From a bacterium (GTDB taxonomy: Bacteria; Patescibacteriota; Patescibacteriia; UBA10025), in NCBI GenBank assembly GCA_021815445.1, contig JAKAGM010000001.1:595710-659709 (forward strand): a DNA stretch of 64,000 nt, given 5' to 3'. Positions 50,305 to 59,252 of this stretch are shown here, in pieces (position 1 is the stretch's first letter; each line of letters starts with the position of its first letter). The position numbers and the translations under genes are program-made. Below the pieces are notes generated by a model. The model saw only the letters and a program-made list of their open reading frames with translations, did not search any database and had not been told where the DNA came from.

Positions 50305-50500
50305 AAAGGAATGGGTGGTATTTGAAGGCGGGACTTTGGAATACAGCTAAATTTCAGGAACGATCCTGTCCTAGTTGACGGAGCATGTAACAACCCGATA
50401 ACTCGTGCCGATAGAAGTGACAGACGCCGAGGTATGCTAAGCTGTTCTTTTCAGCTATACTTCCTCCGCAGTCACTAATTAATAAATAAAGGAACCATAT

Positions 50501-51613
50501 ATGCGCAAAAAGCTTACTTCCCTCACGCTCGTGGCAATGCTGGCATTTGTCTTGGTGCCCAACGTGCTCTACGCGGCCGAGAATACTCTCACGGCTGATC
50601 CAATATCTTCGGCCGTGCCGAACAGTATTACAATTACCGGCATACTTGCTGCAATGAGCGGCGTTAGCGCGCCAGCGACACTTACAGTTACCGTCGGCGC
50701 TACCACCTATACGGTGGAGGTAACAACAAGTACGAAGATTGTGAGAAAATTTAATGGCGTTTCCGATGGGGGTGAAATGATGGTTGGCGATATACTAGAG
50801 GTAAAAGGAGTATTATCCGATGCAACGGCAAACCTCATCACAGCGAACAAGATTAAGGATATCTCGGTACAGAGAGCCGGCGGAACTTTTAAAGGAGCGA
50901 TTGTCACGCTTGACTGCACGAACAACAAATTCACGTTCAAACCGAATGAACGCCAGCAACAGACCGTGTATATTTCCAGCACGACTAAAATTATACGGGG
51001 CGGCGAAAAAATCGCCTGCACGGATCTGAACAACGGCGAAAAAGCGCTGGTCATAGGTCTCTGGCGTCAGGCAAGCAAGCGGATCGACGCTGACAGGATT
51101 ATCGTAAGCATGAAAACGCTGTCAGGAACTATCTCGGCAATAACGTTGACAGGAACCGGATTGCCGGCAACGCTTACTGTAGATCTAAAAAACGGGCAGA
51201 AGTGGACTGTCAACGTCACGTCGTCAACCAAGCTCTTCAGACGCTACATGGGCACAGCGACTATTAACGAATTCCTAGTAGGCGACAAAGTGGAAGCACG
51301 GGGTACGCAGGGAACCGGGTTGGTGCTGAATGCCAGGGTCGTGCGCGACAACTCAGTAGTAATCAAAAACAGGGATTTCGTCGGCACTATTTCCTCTATT
51401 GATTCTAGCGCGCAATCATTTGTCATCCCGATCAAACGAAAAGGAGCGACTTCAAATCTGACTGTCACGACAACGAGTGCGACGAAATTCTACAACGACG
51501 GTACCGCCATTTCCTTTGCTGACCTCACTGTCGGCGCCAAAGTGAAAGTTCTCGGTGTCTACAATGAAACGGCAAAAACTCTAGCCGCATCGAGAGTTTT
51601 CATCGAAGATTAG
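50501..51613 (+). CDS. secreted protein with four tandem beta-rich repeats of about 90 aa
   Basis: Signal peptide MRKKLTSLTLVAMLAFVLVPNVLYAAE. Repeated pattern TLTV..G.TTYTV.VT.STKI.R...G.....VGD.LEV.G (possibly DUF5666-like; recollection only). Confidence 0.65.
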   Translation: MRKKLTSLTLVAMLAFVLVPNVLYAAENTLTADPISSAVPNSITITGILAAMSGVSAPATLTVTVGATTYTVEVTTSTKIVRKFNGVSDGGEMMVGDILEVKGVLSDATANLITANKIKDISVQRAGGTFKGAIVTLDCTNNKFTFKPNERQQQTVYISSTTKIIRGGEKIACTDLNNGEKALVIGLWRQASKRIDADRIIVSMKTLSGTISAITLTGTGLPATLTVDLKNGQKWTVNVTSSTKLFRRYMGTATINEFLVGDKVEARGTQGTGLVLNARVVRDNSVVIKNRDFVGTISSIDSSAQSFVIPIKRKGATSNLTVTTTSATKFYNDGTAISFADLTVGAKVKVLGVYNETAKTLAASRVFIED

Positions 51614-51631
51614 AGAGATATAACATGAAAC

Positions 51632-51658
51632 GGCCTCTTGCAGAAGAGGCCGTTTTTT
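51632..51658 (+). terminator. Rho-independent terminator
   Basis: GGCCTCTT-GCAG-AAGAGGCC followed by T6. Confidence 0.7.
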
Positions 51659-51705
51659 GGATAAAAAAACCCTCAGCCGGAATCCGGCGGGGGCATGATT
51701 TAGTC

Positions 51706-52212
51706 TTAGTCGGGAGAGATAAGCTGTTGCATTGTGTGGTACCAGTCAAGCTGAGACTCGTCTCCCCAGGCCATCATGACAGGCGCCTCACCTTCGTGGT
51801 TGGGGCACGGCTTGAGCATCTCGCCATTCGCAGTTAAATAACACTTCGGGCAATACATGAGACGCACACCAGGCCCCACCTCATCAGGTATCGCTCCCTG
51901 AGGAGGAATGAGGTACACCGGTTCCTCCGGCGGATCCGAGTACTCGGCCCGAAGCATGCCGTGGGCATCAATCTCCGCGGAATCAGCGAGATGCATGAGT
52001 AAGGGAACAGCGTGGTCATTGTCACATATGGGCTGCGAGGCGGCCTTTCTCGTGGCGCCGCATTGACGGCATACATATGTGAACAGGGTTTTTGGCTTTT
52101 CGACCGGTTCAGGCGGATAAAAACGCGGGTTCGCCGCGAACAGACGCAGATAATGCGGCACACGGAACGCCCAGCAGATATAGAGGAGCACTAAGAGATA
52201 GACAAAGAACAT
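51706..52212 (-). CDS. membrane-anchored double zinc-ribbon protein (168 aa)
   Basis: N-terminal TM helix; CRQCG...CDNDH and CPKCY...CPNHE pairs. Confidence 0.5.
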   Translation of the reverse strand: MFFVYLLVLLYICWAFRVPHYLRLFAANPRFYPPEPVEKPKTLFTYVCRQCGATRKAASQPICDNDHAVPLLMHLADSAEIDAHGMLRAEYSDPPEEPVYLIPPQGAIPDEVGPGVRLMYCPKCYLTANGEMLKPCPNHEGEAPVMMAWGDESQLDWYHTMQQLISPD

Positions 52213-52298
52213 GACGCCCTCCTGCAGTAAGAATGTTCCAAATCGTTGTCGCCTTCACTCTAGCAGGGACGCCGGGGAAGGTCAAAAAGGCAGCACCA

Positions 52299-52327
52299 TT
52301 GACAAATCTTCAAAAGCATGCTATCCT
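52299..52327 (+). promoter_or_regulatory. sigma70-like promoter TTGACA-17-TATCCT
   Basis: Lies 58 nt upstream of the 52385 gene. An identical architecture (TTGACA-17-TATCCTCC) occurs at 8203-8231. Confidence 0.4.
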
Positions 52328-52384
52328 CCGCTGTCAAATAACATAGTTCCACGTAATTCAACCTAAAGCGAAGGGAGTGTCACA

Positions 52385-52843
52385 GTGAATGTTACAGAAT
52401 TGATCGCAGGGATCAAAGCCGGATTACCCGCAACCGCGGAGCTTACGGTCGACACGGTCTATCCAACTATGGATCTTATGGATCTGAACCTCACCTTGTC
52501 GGGATCCCTCCTGGGCGAGATCATCCCCAGTGGTGCTGCGAAGAAGTTAATCTTCGCAGGTGCACGGGCTGAAAAACCCCGCGTACGCATCCGGGTGATA
52601 CCGAAGCAGCCCACGGACGGGGACGAGCCCATGATCGACCAAGCTCTCGCTGAGGCAGCCCGCTATGTCCAAGCGGGCGAGGTGGAAGGCGTGAACCGTG
52701 AAATCACGCGCAGCAAGCGTACCACAGAAGGGCTTCCAGCTGGAACAAAGATCTCCTGGCATCTCACCCTGGTTGTTGATGAGCTGCTGCCGCCATCTGG
52801 CAGTACGTACCAGACTCGCATCCAGCAACGCTGGACCCTATAG
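52385..52843 (+). CDS. hypothetical protein (152 aa)
   Basis: SD AAGGGAG upstream; no known domain. Confidence 0.5.
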   Translation: MNVTELIAGIKAGLPATAELTVDTVYPTMDLMDLNLTLSGSLLGEIIPSGAAKKLIFAGARAEKPRVRIRVIPKQPTDGDEPMIDQALAEAARYVQAGEVEGVNREITRSKRTTEGLPAGTKISWHLTLVVDELLPPSGSTYQTRIQQRWTL

Positions 52844-52948
52844 CGGCCCACTCACCATAACATGGAACATTGGACCCCCTCTCCGTACGCGGCGAGGGTT
52901 TTTCTTTTTGCATAAAACAATTCCCGGCTTTTTTGCTACAATAGATGC

Positions 52949-55027
52949 ATGCCTCTCACTCTACATACTCCCATTCACGACCTTCATGGCGTCGGGGAGA
53001 AATTAGACAAGCGTTTTGCCAAGCTCGGCATCAGGACCGTGCAGGACCTTTTGGCGTTCTACCCTAAACGGTATGACGACTTCAGAGCCATAACACCGAT
53101 AAACCAGATTACTCCCGACTCCCGCGTACATATCCGTGCTCGCGTCGACCTTATAGAGAACCACCGATCGCCCCGGCGCAGAATGATGATTACCGAGTCG
53201 TTACTCTCCGACGAGACGGGAAGCATCAAGGCGGTCTGGTTTAACCAGCCGTTTATCACGAAACAGCTTGCCCGAGGGGACACAGTGTATCTCGCCGGCA
53301 AGGCTGAGCTCGATGAATACGGCCTGCATCTCTCAAGCCCGACATATGAAAAAGAAAAATCCCAGCAGACCCACACGGCGCGTATTGTGCCGCTCTACGC
53401 GTTGACGGAGAATCTCACCGCGAAACAGCTCCGGTATGCAATCAAACTTGTACTACCCGTGGCAAAAATGATCCCTGACTGGCTCCCGGAAGATATTCGT
53501 GTTACCTATAAACTGCTACCGCTTGCACAGGCCGTCGAATATATACATTTCCCCGCCGACGGACAGCAGCTTCTGGACGCAAAACAGCGTCTCAAGTTCA
53601 ATGAGCTTTTTCTGATCCAACTCCGGGCGGGCCTCACCAGAGAACAGCTCAGTAAAGAAACGGCCCCGGTTATCACGTTCAACACGGATAGAACAAAGCG
53701 GTTTGTCTCGTCACTGACTTTTACGCTTACTGACGCGCAGAAAAAAACATCCTGGGAAATAGTGCAGGACATAGCAAAGAGCCGCCCGATGAACAGGTTG
53801 CTCGAAGGAGACGTCGGCTCGGGCAAAACGATCGTGGCCGCTATAGCGATGCTTAACGCGGCGGACTGCGGATACCAATCGGCACTCATGTCTCCGACTG
53901 AGATACTCGCCGAACAGCACTTCGCCACACTGACAAAACTCCTTCGGAAGGAACGCCTGTCTGTCGCGCTTTTAACCGGCGGCGCGGCGCGCGTGAATAC
54001 TTCGGTGAACCATACAAAGACCCAGGTGAAGAAAATGATCGCGGAAGGGAAGATACATATTGTCATCGGCACCCACGCCCTCATCCAGGAGACCGTCTCA
54101 TTCCACAACCTTGGTCTTGTCGTACTCGACGAACAGCATAGGTTCGGCGTGGAACAAAGGAAAAAGCTGGCCAAGAAATCACGATCCCAAGCATCGCAAC
54201 TCTTCCCCCACCTGCTCTCCATGACGGCAACGCCGATTCCTCGGTCATTGGCCCTCACTGTGTATGGCGACCTCGATCTTTCTGTGATTGACCAGATGCC
54301 TCCTGGCCGGAAAGAGATCATCACAAAGACTATTGTCCCGCACAAACGTGAGGAGACCTATCAATTCATCAGAGAGGAGATAGCTCAGGGACATCAGGCG
54401 TTTGTCATCTGCCCGCTGATAGACCCCTCCGACACGCTTGGCGTCAAGTCCGTCAAACAGGAGGCCGAACGCCTGGATACGACAGTGTTCCCCGACTTGA
54501 GGATCGGGATGCTCCACGGCAAGCTCGGCGTAAAACGGAAGGAGCTGGTCATGCGGCAAATGGCTGAAGGGACGATAGATATTCTTTGCGCCACCGCAGT
54601 AGTCGAAGTCGGCATTGACGTGCCTAAAGCGACGGTCATGATGATTGAGGGCGCCGAGCGATTTGGCTTGGCTCAGCTCCATCAATTCAGGGGGCGCGTA
54701 GGACGGTCAGAGCGCCAGTCGTACTGCTTTCTCTTTACTGATACTGAGAACGCCAAGACCATCGAACGCCTCCACGCGCTCGTCCAGTCAAAGAACGGCT
54801 TCGAGCTCGCTGAGAAAGACCTTGAGTTCCGGGGCCCAGGCGACATGTTCGGATCCCGCCAGACAGGCCTGCCGCAGTTGAAAATGGCAACGCTGTCAGA
54901 CTACCAGATTATCAAGCAAACCCGCGAGGCAGTGAAAGATTTACTCCATAAGGACGCGACCCTCTCAACATGGCCTCTGCTCAAGAAACGAGCCGAGCAG
55001 TTTGAAAGGTCTCTGCATTTGGAGTAA
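52949..55027 (+). CDS. recG: ATP-dependent DNA helicase RecG
   Basis: N-terminal wedge/OB region; helicase motifs GDVGSGKT, DEQHRFG, SATPIPRS-like MTATPIPRSL; TRG-motif region; 692 aa. Confidence 0.9.
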   Translation: MPLTLHTPIHDLHGVGEKLDKRFAKLGIRTVQDLLAFYPKRYDDFRAITPINQITPDSRVHIRARVDLIENHRSPRRRMMITESLLSDETGSIKAVWFNQPFITKQLARGDTVYLAGKAELDEYGLHLSSPTYEKEKSQQTHTARIVPLYALTENLTAKQLRYAIKLVLPVAKMIPDWLPEDIRVTYKLLPLAQAVEYIHFPADGQQLLDAKQRLKFNELFLIQLRAGLTREQLSKETAPVITFNTDRTKRFVSSLTFTLTDAQKKTSWEIVQDIAKSRPMNRLLEGDVGSGKTIVAAIAMLNAADCGYQSALMSPTEILAEQHFATLTKLLRKERLSVALLTGGAARVNTSVNHTKTQVKKMIAEGKIHIVIGTHALIQETVSFHNLGLVVLDEQHRFGVEQRKKLAKKSRSQASQLFPHLLSMTATPIPRSLALTVYGDLDLSVIDQMPPGRKEIITKTIVPHKREETYQFIREEIAQGHQAFVICPLIDPSDTLGVKSVKQEAERLDTTVFPDLRIGMLHGKLGVKRKELVMRQMAEGTIDILCATAVVEVGIDVPKATVMMIEGAERFGLAQLHQFRGRVGRSERQSYCFLFTDTENAKTIERLHALVQSKNGFELAEKDLEFRGPGDMFGSRQTGLPQLKMATLSDYQIIKQTREAVKDLLHKDATLSTWPLLKKRAEQFERSLHLE

Positions 55028-55117
55028 TGAACTACCATCAGCTCTCGCTGGTGGTTTCTGTCTTGCCGTCTTGAAAACGGCTGGTTTGCAAAAACTCAGA
55101 AATGGACTTTTCCCCTC

Positions 55118-55219
55118 GCACGGCGCACTGTCTGCCTTCGGCCCTGAAGGGCTCAGGCCCTGAACGGGAGGCCAGCAGGAAAGAAAAATATACTCCAAAC
55201 GGCCGAGTTTGCGCCGTGC
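55118..55219 (-). ncRNA. unclassified structured ncRNA, copy B (paralog of the 42340-42475 element)
   Basis: Minus-strand core GGCCUCCCGUUCAGGGCCUGAGCCCUUCAGGGCCGAAGGCAG (forward 55132-55173) enclosed by a perfect 10-bp helix GCACGGCGCA/UGCGCCGUGC; total about 102 nt. A U-rich tract follows on the minus strand. Confidence 0.5.
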
Positions 55220-55234
55220 TGTCCTTTCTTTTCT

Positions 55235-55270
55235 CTCCACTTTTCTTTGGACAAGCAAAGAAAAGTGGAG
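55235..55270. repeat. perfect 15-bp inverted repeat (hairpin) with 6-nt loop
   Basis: CTCCACTTTTCTTTG-gacaag-CAAAGAAAAGTGGAG; no flanking U tract, so not a classic terminator. Confidence 0.7.
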
Positions 55271-55386
55271 CCCACCCCGGAGGGGAAAGATGAAAATACT
55301 TCAATGAGCCATACTGTAATCACCTCCTTTCCTCTCAAAGATCGGAGGTAATTGCAATGTACACGAGGTACCCTGAAAAACGCACA

Positions 55387-55411
55387 CACCCCGCTTAGCG
55401 GGGTGGTTTTT
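55387..55411 (+). terminator. Rho-independent terminator
   Basis: CACCCCGC-TTA-GCGGGGTG followed by GTTTTT. Confidence 0.65.
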
Positions 55412-55729
55412 ACAGATTAGAAGAAAACAATCTTGTCCGACACTTTACTGTCTTGACAAAAAGCAGCGCTATGTGTTACTAATGGAAGATATTCCGTTCT
55501 TTTCAAATGAACTTTTAACGCGAATGCGAGGGGAGTCCGAACTGTAGAAGCTGCCCGCTCCTCGGTTTGGACCCCCTCCGTCGTGTTAACACAAGCTTCG
55601 TCAGCTAACCGCAATCAACCTCACACCCTAACCAGTACTTCTGTTCGGAGGGTACAGAAGCACGTCAACCACAATCAACCAACGAGGAGGAGAATTCAAA
55701 CAAGTACTTAGGTTGTAAGGAGCGGGCAA

Positions 55730-56002
55730 ATGCAGAAAAACGATGCCAAGTTATGTCCCGGGTGCAAAAAGCAGACGCTTGAACTGGTAGGATCGATATC
55801 TTCGAGTCCGCCAGAGCCCTGGGAACACTGTCCCGGCTGCCAGACCGATGTCGTCGAAGGAGATGTACTCCATGTTTCCATTACCGAGTACAAACAGCGA
55901 CGCGCGATAGTCTATCGCCCCGGAAAAGTCACTGTCAACAAAAGAGGTCGCGAGTTAGGCCTGGGCAAGCATGCTGGCACGTTCGGAACCGTCAAAAAGT
56001 GA
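55730..56002 (+). CDS. small zinc-ribbon protein (90 aa)
   Basis: CPGC...CPGC; good SD (TAAGGAGcgggcaaATG). Preceded by a leader of about 300 nt. Confidence 0.6.
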   Translation: MQKNDAKLCPGCKKQTLELVGSISSSPPEPWEHCPGCQTDVVEGDVLHVSITEYKQRRAIVYRPGKVTVNKRGRELGLGKHAGTFGTVKK

Positions 56003-56084
56003 AGGATCCGCAACAGCAACAGCGGGGGACCCGATCGATCTCCCGCCTTTTCTTTTATTTGAATTCTTTGATGCACTCCCCGGC

Positions 56085-57329
56085 CTATGGCCAGTAAGTG
56101 GTTGGGTTGTCCTGGATCCTCTGGAGGATGCCGGAGACTGTTTCGACGTATCCACGCGTCTCGGCATATCCGCCGTTTTGCGTACACTGCCACCAGGTCT
56201 GGCCCGGACAGAGTGTACTGCAGTAATTTGCTCCTTTGCCTCCGTTGTACGCGGCAATGGCATATTTGAGTTCGTTGGCGTTACACACCTGGCCGTTGGG
56301 ACACGGATGCTCGGCATCGACCGGGGGGCAAGGATTGGCAACAAGCGTTGCGAGATAGGCAGCTCCGGCGGTAATATTTGTCGCCGGATCCTTAAGCGCT
56401 TCACAGCTTAAGGACGCTGTGCTGGGCAGAAGCTGCATGAGGCCGCAAGCGCCAGCGGCCGAAACTGCATTCGGATTCCCCCCGGACTCGGCGAACATGA
56501 TTGCTTTAATGAGGTTGCGGTCAATGCTCGCCGCCCCCGCTGCCGTGGAAATGTTCGCGTCGTAGGTGTTGATGTTTGTGCCGGACCACGCTTCGGCGGG
56601 CGCTCCTTTTTCGCTCCTGGCTGTTGCCTCGCTCATTGGCTGCAAGATTTCGGAAACGGGTTTAAGGGAAAGATTTTTAAACTTCACCAACTCAGGATTT
56701 ATCGTCAAAAGGATCATATACGCACCGACAGAAAGCGCGAGCCCTATCATCGCTGAGATAATCTGGTCTTGCGCGTCAGAAAACTTTTGAGGATTGCCGA
56801 AACTCACGACGTATTTAACGCCACCGTACATCATCATGACAGTCGAGAGTATTCCTGCCACTCCGACAAAGAACACATACACGGCGGATATCCATTCCCC
56901 GAACGTCCCGCCGGTTATCACGATCTCCTGCCCTGAGATAAACTTGGAACCCGGCAGGGTAATATAAGGTTTAAATGTGACTTTTTTTTCTTCGGGTGGA
57001 AGTACGGGCGGACTTAAAACGTCTCCCGGCGCGGCGCTCGTACTGGTAACCTCCTTGCCCGTCTGCTTGTCATAGCACTTACTGAGCACTTGATAAGTGC
57101 CTACGGGCCCCGTACAGCACAGGTGGGTATTGGGCGCGACGTCACAATAGCACCCCTGTTGCCCGCCGCAGGTATCGAGCTTGCAGTTTCCCGGCTGCAG
57201 ATTGATGTCATAACAGGATGTCAATGCCGCTTGCGACGGAATCGGCAACGACAGCGCACCGATCATCAGGCATGCCATGATGAGCACGGTTTTAACGAAA
57301 AAGAGTTTACGTTTACTTTTGAGATGCAT
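56085..57329 (-). CDS. secreted Cys-rich protein: VirB2/TrbC-like double-TM module fused to C-terminal lytic transglycosylase (SLT) domain
   Basis: Signal/TM; Cys-rich segment; hydrophobic module VFFVGVAGILSTVMMMYGGVKYVVSFGN...LTINP; SLT motif AIMFAESGGNPNAVSAAGACGLMQLLPSTA. Confidence 0.7.
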   Translation of the reverse strand: MHLKSKRKLFFVKTVLIMACLMIGALSLPIPSQAALTSCYDINLQPGNCKLDTCGGQQGCYCDVAPNTHLCCTGPVGTYQVLSKCYDKQTGKEVTSTSAAPGDVLSPPVLPPEEKKVTFKPYITLPGSKFISGQEIVITGGTFGEWISAVYVFFVGVAGILSTVMMMYGGVKYVVSFGNPQKFSDAQDQIISAMIGLALSVGAYMILLTINPELVKFKNLSLKPVSEILQPMSEATARSEKGAPAEAWSGTNINTYDANISTAAGAASIDRNLIKAIMFAESGGNPNAVSAAGACGLMQLLPSTASLSCEALKDPATNITAGAAYLATLVANPCPPVDAEHPCPNGQVCNANELKYAIAAYNGGKGANYCSTLCPGQTWWQCTQNGGYAETRGYVETVSGILQRIQDNPTTYWP

Positions 57330-57957
57330 TGAGTGCCTGTATTACGAGTGATTGTAGTTCGCTATACTCCAGTGTACCACTTTTTTGGAAAGAATTCACA
57401 AAGAGATACGGCGTAGCATCGATTCCTCTTTCGTTGCCTTCCTGTACGCCGCGGCTGATCACCTGGGGAGAGGGGGCGGTGATGCACGCACGGAAGGCAT
57501 CGAGGTTCAGGCCAAGCGTGGTCGCAATCTGTCCGTACAGCGTATCGGAAAGGAGGCCCTGATTAGCGAAAAGCAGGTCATGATACTCCCAAAACTTTCC
57601 CTGCACTTGTGCGCACCGGGCAGCCTGGGCGGCGGACAGAGCGTTCGCATGCGCCGATTCCTGAGGATAATCCTTCCACACGATGCGGACATTTTGGGGC
57701 TGATCTGTGATAAGTCTACGGAGAATATCATCCATGGTCTTACAGTACGGGCATTGAAAGTCACTGAATTCAATGACTGTCACCGGCGCATCCGCCCGGC
57801 CGAGAACGGGATCTTCGGCTGTGACAGGCGGCGGGGTCGTTACTGCCTCGGGGGGTTTTACGGTTTTATTTTTCCCGATTAGTCGTACGCTCCAAAAAAG
57901 CAAAACAGCCACTGCGACGATGAAAAGCACGACGAGAATTCCGTAGCTCTTGCGCAT
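57313..57957 (-). CDS. DsbA-like thiol-disulfide oxidoreductase (membrane-anchored)
   Basis: N-terminal TM helix; thioredoxin motif FSDFQCPYCKTMD. Confidence 0.8.
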   Translation of the reverse strand: MRKSYGILVVLFIVAVAVLLFWSVRLIGKNKTVKPPEAVTTPPPVTAEDPVLGRADAPVTVIEFSDFQCPYCKTMDDILRRLITDQPQNVRIVWKDYPQESAHANALSAAQAARCAQVQGKFWEYHDLLFANQGLLSDTLYGQIATTLGLNLDAFRACITAPSPQVISRGVQEGNERGIDATPYLFVNSFQKSGTLEYSELQSLVIQALNASQK

Positions 57958-57977
57958 GGTTTAAAAAACTGTGTAAA

Positions 57978-59252
57978 TTATTTAAGCTGGATCCGTTCGA
58001 GACGCCCCGTGGAAACATCGGTAAAATAGATGAACTGCCCCCCGGGCGAGAGAAATACATTCCTCGCGCTGTATGAGCCGGTCCCCCGTTCGGTGACAGG
58101 AATGGCAACCGGTGTCTTTAATCCTGTGGAAAGGTCGATTTTCCAAAAAGTATCGGGAATTGAATTGGAAAGTTCGCGGTAAATGCCGCTCCCCTCGGGA
58201 AGACTATTGGGCACCGCGCAGTACAAGGAAGATCCGTCGCCTGAGAACGCACATTTATCCACCCACGTCTGGATGCTAAGCGCTTGCTTACCGGTGCCGA
58301 CGGTCTGCCCGCTGACATTCGCGATAGTGAGCGACGGATTGTAATTTGAGGAAGAGCCGTATGTCGTATAGAGCAGCCTGTCGCCTGTCGGCGACCATTT
58401 GCCGTCGAACCCCTGACCATCGACTTTAAACGATTGGAAGTTTTCCCCATTGAAGCCGATGGGCAGGACCTCCTGGCCTGTAGCGTCGGTATTCGAATGA
58501 TAGAGCGCAACGAACTGGTTATTGGGCGACCAAGCCACTTGCACGCTGTCCGCCTTGTCGCCTACGGGCTCTATCCCCTTCACTTCCGTGCCGTCGGGGT
58601 TGGAGACCGCGAGCCACTGCGTGTTCTCGTCGCCGGAGAGATATTTATACGCCACCTGGCCCCCATCGGGAGAAAAAGTTACGTCTGACCACTCTTTCGG
58701 GAGAGTAGTTTGCACTTGGGTAGTAAAGTTGTACAGTATCCTGCTCTGATCCGGGAAAGCAATGATTGCTCTGTCGCGTGTCGGCGACCACACGACGCTT
58801 TGCGCATCAGGGAATGTCTGGCTGGTGAGCTCTATTCGGGTCTTCGCGTCCCGTGAAACTTTGTAAAATTTCCCCGTTGCGGGGTCGTAATAGACGATAG
58901 TACTCCCGTCAGTCGTGCTCGCTGGTGATATGGCAGTACCGTCGGTAACAGTTTGCGTGATTGTCCGCCCGCCGCGGGCTATGGGCTCCGGGGCTTTTGT
59001 CGTGTCGACATTCGTAACACTGCCGTTGACTATAGGCAACCCATTGACCACGGTGTTGGCGGTGATACGGTTCACAAGGTTATTTGAGATCGGTAAAGTG
59101 CCGTTCGTACCGGCGTTATTGGCATTGTTCGCAGGCGTTACCATGCCTTTAAAAAATAGAAAATATATCAGAACGCCGATGCCGATGACTACCAGGACGA
59201 ATGCTACTATTAAAATTGGCCTGCGCATGGAGGTAAAAAAGGTTAAATGCAC
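57978..59252 (-). CDS. membrane-anchored PD40/TolB-like beta-propeller protein
   Basis: N-terminal TM helix; repeats VVWSPTRDR, VTFSPDGGQVAY, VAWSPNNQFVAL, GKWSPTGDRLLY. Confidence 0.65.
   Translation of the reverse strand: MHLTFFTSMRRPILIVAFVLVVIGIGVLIYFLFFKGMVTPANNANNAGTNGTLPISNNLVNRITANTVVNGLPIVNGSVTNVDTTKAPEPIARGGRTITQTVTDGTAISPASTTDGSTIVYYDPATGKFYKVSRDAKTRIELTSQTFPDAQSVVWSPTRDRAIIAFPDQSRILYNFTTQVQTTLPKEWSDVTFSPDGGQVAYKYLSGDENTQWLAVSNPDGTEVKGIEPVGDKADSVQVAWSPNNQFVALYHSNTDATGQEVLPIGFNGENFQSFKVDGQGFDGKWSPTGDRLLYTTYGSSSNYNPSLTIANVSGQTVGTGKQALSIQTWVDKCAFSGDGSSLYCAVPNSLPEGSGIYRELSNSIPDTFWKIDLSTGLKTPVAIPVTERGTGSYSARNVFLSPGGQFIYFTDVSTGRLERIQLK

Noticed and set aside
53506-54345. 279-aa minus-strand ORF
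   Set aside because: Antisense to recG, which carries clear helicase motifs on the plus strand.
55118-55219. Assignment of ncRNA copy B (and copy A) as 4.5S/SRP RNA
   Set aside because: Size and hairpin shape fit, but the conserved helix-8 motif (GGUCC-GGAA-GGAAGCAGCC) is not reproduced. Two divergent copies exist, which is atypical for SRP RNA.
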